Origin: the human T2T-CHM13v2.0 reference genome, Homo sapiens
Length of the DNA: 64,000 bases
Strand: one strand, 5' to 3'
NCBI RefSeq assembly: GCF_009914755.1
Contig: NC_060931.1
This document shows, one piece after another, positions 1 through 19,699 of the stretch. Made by a program: the position numbers and the translations under genes. The notes under the pieces were generated by a model. It did no database searches and was not told where the DNA came from. It was given only the letters and a program-made list of their open reading frames with translations. Each line of letters opens with the position of its first letter. Positions within the stretch are counted from its first letter, which is position 1.

Positions 1-44
1 CCCACAGTTCTCCCTCCACCACCTCCCACCAGATGCTCCTACAG

Positions 45-3430
<3,386 letters not shown>

Positions 3431-3650
3431 GTCACCAGTTGGGTTTTTGTCTCCATCCTGAAGGAGTGGGAGATGCCCTTGATCAGGTCTCTGTCCAGCA
3501 GAGCCCTCCTGAGGAAGGCGTGGCTCTCTGCAGGGTGGGTGCCAGTCCTGAGCTAGGGACGGTCCCTTACCTTCCTCTCTGGGAAGCTGACCTCAGCCGG
3601 AGGTCTCTCCTGGTGGTGCCCCTGAGCAGCAACCTGATTTCTGTCCTCAG

Positions 3651-3894
3651 CTATCTGGCCAATGACATGGAGGAGGACGACGAGGCCCCCAAACAAAAGA
3701 TCTTCTACTTCCTGTACGGGAAGACCCACTCTCACATACCCTTGCGCCCTAAGCATTGGTTCCAGTTATGCCGTCCCATGAACCCGAGGGCCAGGAAGAA
3801 CTGCTCTCAGATAGCCTTGTTCCAGAAGCGTCGGTTCCAGTTCTTCTGTTCCATGCGCTGCAGGGCTTGGGTTTCCCCGGAGGAGTTGGAGGAG
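3651..3894 (+). CDS. SPDYE3: SPDYE3 coding exon (YLANDMEED...VSPEELEE)
   Basis: tcctcag| acceptor and |gtgggt donor. Contains the LANDMEED Speedy-box motif. Lies within ORF 3439..4101. Confidence 0.92.
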
Positions 3895-4016
3895 GTGGGT
3901 GGGGCCTGGGGAGGTGGAGGATGTGGGGAGGAATCGGGTGGGCTGGAGGCTGGACGAGGGGAGAGAGGGGTATCCTGGGGAGTCCCCGTCTTCTCAAAGC
4001 GCATTTGTTTTTCCAG

Positions 4017-4076
4017 ATCCAGGCTTATGACCCAGAGCACTGGGTGTGGGCGCGAGATCGCGCCCACCTTTCCTAG
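4017..4076 (+). CDS. SPDYE3: SPDYE3 last coding segment ([19 protein letters not shown]); the exon continues as UTR to a donor after 4121
   Basis: ttttccag| acceptor, TAG at 4074-4076, typical SPDYE C-terminus. Confidence 0.9.
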   Translation: MQAYDPEHWVWARDRAHLS

Positions 4077-4976
4077 AGCTCCAGGGACCGTGGAGGCCTG
4101 AGGTCATCGGCCTGAGAGAAGGTACATCTGCATCCTCCGGGGTAAAGGCAGAATATTGGGGTCTATTTCGGAAATCCAAGGAACCCAATTGCTTGATCTG
4201 GCTTCAAGCCTCGGCAACGTGGCGAGATATCCCCTCTCCACAAAAATACAAAAATTAGCCAGGCGATGTGGGAGGCATCTCTACTCCCAACTACTCAAGA
4301 GGCTGAGGCAGGAGGATCGCTGGAGCCTGGGAGGTCGGGGCTGCAGGGAGCCCTGATCCTGCCACTGCACTCCAGCCGGGGCGACAGAGTGAGACCCTGC
4401 CTCAAAAATAATCATAAATACTGAGTTCGGGGAGGTTCTTTATGATTGATGCACTTGAGTTACCGATTTGGGTCGAGGGTTCAGTGAAGCTTTGGTTTAC
4501 ATCTTGTGCAGCTAACCATGTTGAGCACAGAGCATGAGACTTCGTCATGAGGAGGTAGGATTATGGATTAGGCTTCTGGACTCGTGGTTTGTGATGTTGT
4601 CACATTAGAAACAGATCTAGCACAGTTACAAGTTTAGATCTGAAGTGACACAAAAGACCCTAGCTGTGATGAAGTCCAAAGCCACATTCTCTGAGGGTGC
4701 CCTACTCCCTGGGAAGACCCACCCAAAGTCCTCGCTATGAAGCAGATCACTGGGGCTGACCTTGGGTGTATTAAGTTTTGGAGTCAGGGTCACCAAAGCG
4801 TGAGTTTCACAGTTGAACACGATGGTTCAGAAGCAGGGTATAGAATGAAAGGCAGGAGATAAAATCGCACTTCTCAATTGCTCTGAACTCTAGCTAGACT
4901 TGACATGGGACGTGAATAACCTTCCTGTCTAGAGAGCTGTCTCCTTGAGGTGTGACATTGTCTCTCTCACTTCCAG

Positions 4977-6285
4977 AACACCGGACCCAGGGGAGATGTG
5001 GATTTTCAGCAGGAACTTTATTCCAGTGCTAATGGCAGACATCAGGAAGGAGGAGAGGAGCCATTTGTGCAGATCATCTAGAAGAACCTGGACCATTCTT
5101 GACAGAGCTGAATACAGTGATCACGTTGTCCTCCAAGGAGCAGGGGTGGGGTGGGGTACTTCTAGGAGTCCTTGGAGAAAAGTAAGAAACCAGGAGTGTT
5201 TCCAGTTCCACCCTTTCCTGCGGCACCACCTCCCTTTTTATATTGCTGAATGCCAACCTCCCTGGGGCGGAACCTGGAGGTCCTGTTTCTTACGGACTTG
5301 GTTGCCACAGTCCAGGAGCATTTGAAGGCACAGTGCAGGGGCTCAGATTGGCACAGAATTCTTTGTGAAATATGAGTGCCACAGACTGTAACAGATAGCT
5401 TCATGCACACTATGCATTTTATTGGTTTGTTTGGAAAATGTTGGCCATTGAATCATTAATAGGTTTATTTCAAATAGTTTGGAAATTGTTGTACTTTTGA
5501 AAACATGCTGTTCCTGTAGAGTTTTTTGATGAGAGTTATAGTTGTTATATATACATAAAGATAATTTTCTTTTCATTTTTAAGTGAGAATTCTTTTTATC
5601 CTAAATCTTTTATTATCTTTAAATTTTTCTCTGTATTATTATATGTGCTCCTGAAGCGAGCACTCTTTTTATCTATGATACTTCCATAATAATCTCTTCT
5701 ATTTATAGCTATTGGTAGTTCCCCCAAATTCTGGTCATAGAAATTTTTATTTGCTGTTTAGGTTTGTGACTGAATTGTGAGAATTCAGTTGTGATTTTTA
5801 ACATGTCTTAGATATATATACTAACATGTCTAATATATACTATCTATTTTATTGATTTATTTCGAAAAAGATGGGCAAAGAATTATTTAAATATTATTTT
5901 ATTTATTTAAATATTTATTAAATATATTTATTTATTTAAATATTTATTAAATATATTTATTTATTTAAATGTTATTACTTTAAATATTATTTTAAATATT
6001 TTGGAAATACTGGTATTTTTGAATAGATGCTGTTTCTATAAAGCTGTGTGATGGGTATTATAACTGTTATATACACATAAATATAATTTTGTTTTCCTTT
6101 TTAAGAGAGGATTCTTTTTATCCTAAATCTTTTACCTTTCAATCTTTGTATCTATTACTACATATGCTGCTGAAGGGAGCAGACTTTTTATCTATGATAC
6201 TTAGTTAATGTATATATTACATTTATAGCTATGTGGTAGTTCCCCTAAATTCTTGTAAAAATAAATTTTTATTTGATATTTAGTG
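4977..6285 (+). other. SPDYE3: SPDYE3 terminal 3'UTR exon, AT-rich
   Basis: cacttccag| acceptor ending at 4976. AATAAA at 6260-6265, with an alternative at 6433-6438. The 3' end is inferred. Confidence 0.65.
5074..5170 (-). pseudogene. PMS2P1: PMS2P1 terminal exon (TPRSTPPH...GPGSSR*), antisense to the SPDYE3 3'UTR
   Basis: Minus-strand ttctccaag| acceptor, in phase with the LTR exon. Minus-strand AATAAA at 5017-5022. Confidence 0.7.
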
Positions 6286-6909
6286 TATGTTTGAAATGTG
6301 AGAATTCAGATGGAATTTTTTATCTTGTTTTGGCATGTTTGTATGTTACTTTAAAGAGGATGTGTGTTCTAAAGGAGGACATGAGCTGTGTGTTTTCAAG
6401 AGAACAGTGCAGTGCATCTCTTGGGGAAACATAATAAAGATGAACTTTTCTCACCTTCACAGTGAGTGTGATCATATTGTGGTCTGGATTGATTATTTGC
6501 TGTCAAGTGACATTTTTCCTTAATGGGGTTGTGGTTATTTGAACATATTTATTAGCTCTGGAAGATAATCCTGTGTTGTTTTTTATGTAGAAAAAAACAT
6601 AAGGCTGGGTGCAGTGCTCACACCTACAATCCCAGCAGTTTTGGAGGTCATGGCGGGAGGATCACTTGAAGCCTATTTTTAATTTTTATTTTTTAAAGAA
6701 AAACAATAGAAGAGAAGGCTGATCCCAAGCTACAGGGTTTTTTTGTTTGTTTGTTTGTTTGTTTTGGAGACAGTCTCGCTCTGTCTCCCAGGCTGGAGTG
6801 CAGTGGCACAACCTCGGCTCCCTGCAACTTTCACCTCCGCGTTCAAGCAAATTCTCCTGCCTCAGCCTCCCAAGTAGCTGGGACTACAGGCACCCGCCTG
6901 TACGTCTGA

Positions 6910-7053
<144 letters not shown>

Positions 7054-7336
7054 TAGAGTTTTAAAGCAGGAAATGAGAGAAAGATATTGAGAGAGGAAAA
7101 CCAGGTGGTAAGAAAACTCTAAAGGTGGCTGGGCGTGGTGGCTCACGCCTGTGATCCCAGCAGGAGTTCGAGACCAGGCAGGAGAATCACCAGCAGAGAA
7201 TATGTCTCCCCAACCCCTCTCAAAAAAAAAAAAAAAAAAAAGGGCCAGGCGCGGTGGCTCAGGACTGTAATCCCAGCACTTTGGGAGGCTGAGGCGGGCG
7301 GATCACAAGGTCAGGAGATCAAGACCATCCTGGCTA

Positions 7337-7679
<343 letters not shown>

Positions 7680-7784
7680 TCACAGCTCACTGCGGGCTCA
7701 GACTGAAGCTCAAGCGATCTTCTTATCTTGCCTTTCTAATTGCTGGGATTATAAGCATGAGCCACTGCACCTGGCCTGTGTGAC

Positions 7785-8000
7785 GTAATTCTGATGTCAA
7801 CTCCCTGATGTTACATCAAATGCTACAGGTTAAGGCCACCAGCCCCCGCTAGGCTGCCCTCGCTTCAGATGCAGCTGCAAGCTTGGGTGTCCACAGACTG
7901 CATGTACTTCTCACCAACTGGCTGCAAATTTGGAGGTTCCCACCACGTCCTCAGGTTTGATAATTCACTATAACAACCCACAGAACTCTGAAAAGCATGA
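7785..8000 (+). mobile_element. MER21-like LTR fragment
   Basis: Resembles the recalled MER21 consensus (cttcagatgc...ggaggttccc...gataattcact...cacagaactc). Similar sequence at 52470-52995. Confidence 0.55.
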
Positions 8001-8987
8001 TACTTTCTCTTTCTTTATTTGAGACAGAGTCTTGCTCTGTCGCCCAGGCTGGAGTGCAGCGGCCACCATGCTTGGCTAATTTTAGTATTTGTATTAGAGA
8101 CAGGGTTTCGCCATGTTGGCCAGGCTGGTCTTGAACTCCTGACCTCAGGTGATCCGCCCACCTTGGCCTCCCAAAGTGCTGGGATTACAGGCATAGCCAC
8201 CGTGCCTGGCTGACTTCTAGAGTTTCAATAACAGAGATGTGGTTCAAGAAGAAAAGGGAGACATGTTTTGTAGACAGCAGGAGCTTCATGAAAAGAAGCC
8301 AATGAAGGGCAGGATGTGTAGCTGTCTACCTACAGGAAACCAGCCAGGAGCCTCCCCGCAGGGAGTTCAGCACAGACGGCCGGGAAAATCTGCATTAACC
8401 TGAGCTCTGGACCTAAGAGAGGACAAGGCCTTGACTGTTTCTACAGACTCACAAGACGCAATCTCTGCGGTCCATGCCCGTGGTGTGATCTGGGAAACAG
8501 GGGGCCTTCTAAATGCCAACAACAAGGAAATCAAATGCGCAACAGACAGAAATACCGGCATTGACGCGGGCCATGGAGAGGCCTAAACAGATGACTGCAG
8601 TCCACTGCCAAGGTCATCAAAGGGGTGACTCTGAAATAAGAAATTTCAGACGCCACGGCCCAAATAGCTGCACGAGGTGGGGAAGTCCTCCACATGCCTC
8701 TGCTTCCTTCAGTACCTCTTCATGAAATAAGCGGAGGTACTTCCCTGGGGAATTTCCTTTCTCTTTCTTTCTTTCGAGACAGAGTCTTGCTCTGTCGCCC
8801 AGGCTAGAGTGCAGTGGCGCGATCTCGGCTCACTGCAACCTCTCCCTCCCGGGTTTTGGCAATTCTTCTGTCTCAGACTTCTGAGTAGCTGAGATTACAG
8901 GTGTGTGCCACCATGCCCAGCTAATAATTGTATTTTTACTCGAGACAGGGTTTCACCATCTAGGCCAGGCTGGTCTTGAACTCCTGA

Positions 8988-9271
<284 letters not shown>

Positions 9272-9695
9272 TGAACCCCTGACCTCTAATGATCTACCCG
9301 AATTGGTCTCCCAAAATGCTGGGATTACAGGCGTGAGCCACTGTGCCCAGCCCCTCCCATACCTCTTTTGGCCAAGGCAGTACAATTCAGAGAATCTTGC
9401 CAGGGAAGACTGGTAAATGGACGTCAACATGATGCCTATGGCTCCTGGTGGATTTAGATACCTCCTGGTGCTTACTGATACCTTTACCAGTTACATGGGG
9501 GCTTTTCCATGCCAGACTGAAAATGCAGGAGATCACTGATCAACCTTCAACTATTTACTAGCAGAACACTGAGGGGACTCTGCAGTCACCAATATCTCCT
9601 ATTGCACTTGGATAAACACCTCCCGGGAAATAGAGATGAATAGAAAGGAAATAGTCAAACAAGCAGAATGGCTACATTCCTTCAACCAGAAGGGT

Positions 9696-10084
9696 CCATT
9701 AGTCTGTTTTCACACTGCTATAAAGAACTACTGGAAACTGGGGAATTTATGAAGAAAACAGGTTTAATTGACTCACAGTTCTGCAGGCTGTACAGGAAGC
9801 ATGGCTGGGGAGGCCTCAGGAAACTGACAATCACGGCAGAAGGCGAAGGGGAAGCAGGCACGTTTCTGGCCATGGTGGAGCAGGAGAGACAGAGAGAGTG
9901 AAGCGGGAGGTGGTGCATGCTTCTAAACAACCAGATCCCATGAGCGCTCACTCACTATCATGAGAACAGCAAGGGGGACGTCAGCCGCCATGAGCCAATC
10001 ACCTCCTACCAGGTCCCTCCCTCAACACTGGGAATTGCAATTTGACATGAGATTTGGGTGGGGATACGGAGCTGAACCATATCA
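9696..10084 (-). mobile_element. MSTA-like (ERVL-MaLR) solo LTR
   Basis: Minus strand begins TGATATGGTT...CCCCACCCAAATCTCATG. 5-bp TSD agggt at 9691-9695 and 10085-10089. Confidence 0.85.
9777..9865 (-). pseudogene. PMS2P1: PMS2P1 LTR-derived exon ([29 protein letters not shown])
   Basis: cag| acceptor and |gtgagt donor inside the MSTA LTR. Phase 0 matches the end of exon 5. Confidence 0.7.
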
Positions 10085-10113
10085 AGGGTAGTACAACCAC
10101 TGAGATTGATTGA

Positions 10114-10331
<218 letters not shown>

Positions 10332-11492
10332 TGATCACCCTGCCTCGGCTCTTCTTTTGCTGGAATTACAGGCGTGAGCCACCGCACCTGGCCAACCACT
10401 GAGATTTAGAAGGCAGTCGAGTCCACTATACCACACCTCACCTGGTTTCTTCCTCTGTTGGGGCGCCTCGTGGCCACTGTTCTGTTACTTTTTGGTCCTA
10501 TTTATTTAAATGGATGGTGAGCTGTTTGTCCTCCAGGATCCAACACTTCCACCTTCAGCTTGTATTACAACAATACCAGCCTTTCAAGCTACTCCAGGTG
10601 ACCCCAGAACTCATTTGAACTCAGAAGCCCAAGAGTTTCATTCCTCTCACTTTAGGGGACTAAGTGCCCCTAGTCAGCATGAAGTCGATACAGAAGCATG
10701 ACCTCCATCCCTAATCCCTCAAGAATGAGGAGTGGAAGGTGTCGGCAGGAGGGTGGGACGCGGTTTGTAAATCTGTAACTGCATCAGACCAAATCTAGTT
10801 CAACTTTTTTTTTTTTTTTTTTTGATGGAGTTTCGCTCTTGTCACCCAGGCTGGAGTGCAATGGCACGATCTCAGCTCACTGCAACCTCCACGTCCTAGG
10901 TTCAAGCATTCTGCTGCCTCAGCCTCTGGGGTAGCTGGGATTACAAGGGTGCGCCACCACGCCTGGCTAATATTTATATTTTTAGTAGAGACGGGGTTTC
11001 ACCATTTTGGCCAGGCTGGTCTTGAACTCCTCGACCTCAGGTGATCCACCTGCCTTGGCCTCCCAAAGTGCTGGGATTACAGGCGTGAGTCACCGCACCC
11101 GAATCAGTTCAACTTTTATGTAATGAAGTTGTCAGTTGTTTTTCAATTGCCATCGACCCGCAGGTTGAAGGTCATGTACCCTGTGCATGCCCAGGTTAAC
11201 CAAGCGTGCCACCGTGGAGTGGAACCTAAGAGCTCAGCCTGAAGAGCTCGGACCGATTTAAGAACCAGACACCCCAAGGCAGGAGCCAGGATCCAATCAG
11301 ATTGAGTTTTGGCGTCACCCCATGGCAGGATCCAGTCAGATCACATCTCCCAGCATTACTTTATTGCAAGATCCAATCAAATCACACCTCATTACCCTAC
11401 GCTTATAAAACCTGACATAGCCCCGAGCTGTGTAAGGGAGATTTGAGTACTTCCTCCTGTGTTCTTGCTGGCTGACTTACAAAAAAGCTTTA

Positions 11493-11795
<303 letters not shown>

Positions 11796-12368
11796 TTAAA
11801 ATTAGCACCGAATGCTTTACAAGTAAAAAAAGTTTTTAGCTGCATATGTTTAAGTAACTTTTTAGATTATAAGAAATATGCATGCAAAATGGAAAGGCAC
11901 AAAGAAGAGAGCAAAAAGTGCATGAGATCTCACATCCAAGGATAACCGCTGAGAACATGGAAGTGCTGACTCTTCCAGTCTTTATACTATACACATTTAG
12001 GCCTGTTGTTTTGTTTTCATAAAACTGTAATCATATAATATAGACAGTTTTATAATCTGCTTTTTAAACACAACAATTATATAACATTTAGCTGTTTCAT
12101 TTGCATTCAAATTCATAAGGGTTCCAGTAACTCATTTATCAGAAAACCAAGAGAAATATTCTCATAAAAATATAAGTACATAAGGTCAGGCATGGTGGCT
12201 CACACCTGTAATCCCAGCACTTTGAGAGGCCGAGGTGGGCGGATCACCTGAGGGCAGGAATTCAAGACCAGCCTGGCCAGCCTGGACAACATGGTGGAAC
12301 CCCGTCTCCACTGAAAATACAAAAATTAGCTGGGCGTGGTGGCGCGTGCCTGTAATGGTAGCTACTCA

Positions 12369-12745
<377 letters not shown>

Positions 12746-12921
12746 TGATAAAAAGAAAAAAGTAAATCATTCTGAAGTTAAGTCTTTAATGAGAAATGCA
12801 AATAAAGCATTTCTCAATAAATTAGGGGAAGGGAATCAACTGAAGAATAAACATCTTTAGTAAATCTTTTGCTCATGTGCATTAACCAATATTCTTGAAA
12901 ACCAGGATTAATTTACTGTAC

Positions 12922-13105
12922 CTTCTTAATATTCCTTTGAAATTCTTTATGGTGCACAGGTAGCGTAGAAAATAACTGCTTCACACTGACTGTCATCCCT
13001 CTGGGGTGGGGGTAGGGGGTTTTCTGGATGATTTTCCCATAGTGATCAAACACCAGTCGAGTCCCAACCTTCGCCGATACATGGCAGGTAGAAATGGTGA
13101 CATCA
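12922..13105 (-). pseudogene. PMS2P1: PMS2P1 exon 5 ([16 protein letters not shown]...QRNIKK)
   Basis: 184 nt, PMS2-like translation, canonical splice sites. Confidence 0.92.
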
Positions 13106-13803
13106 CTGTGAGAGAATACCAGGCATGGTGTGTTCAGTGAGAGATCCGTGATGTTGGGCACTGACTACTCTTTTCTTCACTTGCTTTTCTCTCAAAATTT
13201 TCTTAAAAAGCTGATGATCCCTCTGAGATAACCGAGATCTAAACGGTTGAGGAGTCATCATAAAATCTAAGGTCTGGCATCTAAAAGACAGTGAGACAGA
13301 GAGCACTAAACATGCTTTGTTTTGATAAAAGCTTTGACTTCATTTTTCAGGTTGAATTGCAAAACCATAAATGATCTCAAGATTTATTGATTCTCAAATA
13401 GAGATTTGTTTTGTTATTACTCTTCAAACAAAATTTTTTAAAAGAATTTTTTTAAAGAATTTTTAAAAATTTAAAAAAATTTTTTTAAAGAATCCAAAAG
13501 ATATTATAATTAAAATGTATATGTAGGGCAGGGTGTGGTGGCTCGTGCCTGTAATTCCAGCACTTTGGGAGGCCAAGGAGGGCAGATCACTTGAGGCCTG
13601 GAGTTCCAGGCCAGCCTGGGCAACATGGCAAAACCCCATCTCTACTAAAAATACAAAAATTAGCCAGGAGTGGTGGTGCACGCTATAGTCCCAGCTCTTC
13701 AGGAGGCTGAGGCATGAAAGTCACTTGAACCTGGGAGGCAGAGACTGCAGTGAGCTGAGACTGTGCCACTGCACTCCAGCCTGGGTGACAGAGTGTGACT
13801 CTG

Positions 13804-13832
<29 letters not shown>

Positions 13833-13877
<45 letters not shown>

Positions 13878-13896
13878 GTGTGTGTGTGTGTGTGCA
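13833..13896. repeat. (TA)n(TG)n microsatellite at an Alu tail
   Basis: Direct inspection. Confidence 0.9.
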
Positions 13897-14265
13897 TATA
13901 ATTATTTATAAAAATTTAGTATCTGTGCTATAATTAAATAGTGCTTTGGTGAAATGTTTCCCTAAAAATTGATAATGAAAACCAATGGTAACTATCATTT
14001 ATTATCTATATGTTATGTTCAAATTGAGAAGTTACTGTTTTAATAAGGGTAACCAATTTTTTTAACAATACTATTTGCTTCATTTCATTCATTTATTGCT
14101 CACATTTCAGAAGTACTAGGACTTAGATTGGCAGTGAGACAAAACAGAATTCAGAAGCTGGAAGCTGAGATATTGAGACAGAAAACTGTAAATAATAATG
14201 ATTCCAATTAATTTTCAGAGAGGTTTTTCTAAGGGGTCAAGTGAATGGATAAAAATATTTTATCA

Positions 14266-14403
<138 letters not shown>

Positions 14404-14515
14404 TTAAGTGCTATAACAACAAATATACATGATATCTAGTAACTGGCTTTAAAAAACTGTTTTTGTGTTTCCCAAGACAGTGTTACTCAAAATTCTAAGA
14501 CATGTGGCCCAATTA

Positions 14516-14680
<165 letters not shown>

Positions 14681-14865
14681 CTATCAGTTTTTATATTGAT
14701 ATTATTTATAACGTGCAAATTTAAGTGTCGTAACTAGACCTTTAGTTAAACATACTAGTGTCATTTTGTATATTTCATTTTTATAAAGTTCTTTCTGGCT
14801 ATTTACTAGCCCAGATTAAATAGTTTAGCATTTTCTTTCTTTCCTCTTTTTTTTTTTTTCCTTAT

Positions 14866-15348
<483 letters not shown>

Positions 15349-15799
15349 CTATTTTATTAGCTTTATAATCTCCAAAAAAGGTAATTTACTGTCCCTTAAT
15401 TTCCTCAACTGTAAAATGGAGGTAATAAGTTCTATCTCATAAAGTTATTTGGCAGATTAATAATTTTTTGTCTTTTTATTTTGTCATTTTCTTTTTTTTC
15501 TTTCCTTTTTTTTTTTTTTTAATTTTTTGAGATTGACTTTTGCTCTTGTCACCCAGGCTGGAATGCAGTGGCACAATCGATCTTGGCTCACTGCAACCTC
15601 CACCTCCCAGGTTTAAGCAATTCTCCTCCCTCAGCCTTCTGAGGAGCTGAGATTACAGCCATGCACCATCACATCTGGCTAATTTTTCTATTTTTAGTAG
15701 AGACAGGGTTTTACCACGTTGGTTAGGCTGGTCTTGAACTCCTGACCTCAAAGCATCAGCCCCCCTCAGCCTCCCAAAGTGCTGGGATTACAGATGTGA

Positions 15800-16182
<383 letters not shown>

Positions 16183-16494
16183 TGAACTCTTGGCTTCAAG
16201 CAATCCCCCCACCTCAGCCTCTCAAAGGGCTAGGATTACAGGCGTGAAACACCACGCCCAGCTATTCTGCAAATTAAATGAGATATTTCTGTGCAACTCT
16301 TAGCATAACACCTGCCTGGCGCACCATAAGAACACAATAAAAGCTGTTGTTATTATTATTACTACCTAGCTAAGTACTAGGCACATAATAGGTGCTAACT
16401 TTAACTTAAAAATAATAATTTATTACTACATCAACACTTGATAGTCTTATTTCAATAACAAATGTTTCTTGACTACAACAACATTCACTGATCA

Positions 16495-16701
<207 letters not shown>

Positions 16702-17057
16702 TCAGCTATATATTTTCATCCTGATTTTAACTGTGGGAAATGACTCAACACTGCAAATAGTTTACGGGTCTAATCTATTCATTTATTATATTAACAAATA
16801 CATTTATTATATCCAGAAATGGAAACATTGTTTTACAATCCTTAAACAAGTACCCAAAATACTTCTGGATAGACACTTCAAATTCAACAGATCCTTACTA
16901 CCTAGTATCCACATGGAGAAAACATACATTGTATCTCTCAAATTACCAAAATCTTTGGCAATAATGGTGTCTTCTTTCTTGAAAACTGAAAGCATGGCCG
17001 GTGCGGTGGCTCATGCCTGTAATCCCAGCAATTTGGGACACAGAGGCAGGCGGATCA

Positions 17058-17300
<243 letters not shown>

Positions 17301-17483
17301 TTAGAAAAACCAACAGTATGCTGGGAAATACACAATGTTTTCAGTCAAAATCATCTCAGAAATTGGATACCAGTTATATAACTATTCCTTATACACAGTT
17401 GCCTTTGATACCCTACTCCAGATTGAAGCTGCCAGCTGCTGTCTTAGCAAAGACCCTCAAAGTTCTTGCTGTACTTGCTTTAA

Positions 17484-17689
<206 letters not shown>

Positions 17690-17975
17690 TAGTAGAGACA
17701 GGGTTTCACCGTTTTAGCCAGGATGGTCTCGATCTCCTGACTTCGTGATCCGCCTGCCTCAGCCTCCCAAAGTGCTGGGATTACAGGCGTTAGCCACCAC
17801 GCCCGGCCCGCTTTAAGAGTTTTATAACGGTTTCATTTCCCCTTATTCCCTGCTCCAACCCATCCTCCACTCTATCACCAGAGCTATTTTTGAAATCACG
17901 AATCTGGTCAAATAATTTTTCTGCCTGAAAAATTACTAGTGCCCCACTTCCTACTATATGAAACTTAAAATCTAG

Positions 17976-18272
<297 letters not shown>

Positions 18273-18651
18273 TAACTCCTGACCTCAGGTGATCTGCCCG
18301 CCTTGGCCTTCCAAAGCACTAGGATTACAGGTGTGAGCCACCGCAACTGGCCGTCCCCTATATTGCAGCACAGTGAACAACTGTTTCCTGAACATCACAA
18401 GCTCTTTTAAACACTACAGTGTATAAGCAGGTCTCTGTCTAAACTGCTCTCCTCTTGCTCCTCTGCCCAACCAATGTCTGCTCATCCAAAGAATGTATCC
18501 CGTGTGTTCATTAACTTAGCAAGTTCCAGTAAACAGTTTAATTGATCACTCGTTAAGAGAAGGCAGGAAACCTCCATGAAAAGAGAAATCAGTGGGTATT
18601 TCCTACAGCATTTAACACATTGTAGGCCTTAAATAAACCCTTGTGAAATAA

Positions 18652-19044
<393 letters not shown>

Positions 19045-19699
19045 TGATCCACTTGCCTTGGCCTCCCAAAGTGATGGGATTATAGGTGTGAGCCACCGCA
19101 CCTGGTCCACTTCAGATATTTAGATACAGACGGCAAATTTATTTAAATGTCTCAATACATTTAAATGTAGTTACCTAAATATATCTAATATATTTAAATG
19201 CAGAGAGCAAATTTGCGTTTACAAATCTGACATGGAATTCAACTGTGCTAGCCAAGATTCGGTGTAGCTTACTAGCCAGAAATCACATACCCTAACAGGT
19301 AAAAATGCATTGCATTTTTTAAAACTGCGCAGCTATGCAAATTAGGATGTGTCTGGACGCTCTACTGTCCCCAAAATAACCTCAATTTTTTTTTAAAGGC
19401 CAGGCACAGTGCATTACGCCTGTAATTCCAGCGCTTTGGGGGGCCAAGGCGGGCGGACTGCTTGAGCTCCGGAGTTCCAGACCAGCTTGGGCAACATAGC
19501 TAAATCCCCGTCTCTACAAAAAAATAAAGTAAAAATTAAAAATAAAATAATATAAAAATAAAAATAAAAGGGGAGAGAGAACAGGTAGGAAGGAAATGCA
19601 TTCAGTCTATAGGGATTTCACGTTCCGGCTTCAAGTCCACGGCCCTGTGATGGGATGTGGGCAGGGCCTGAGACAGGCCGAACCCAACTCTTCACAGGG

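Noticed and set aside
5880-6000. Repeat-spacer-like AT array
   Set aside because: Simple AT-rich minisatellite in human DNA, not CRISPR.
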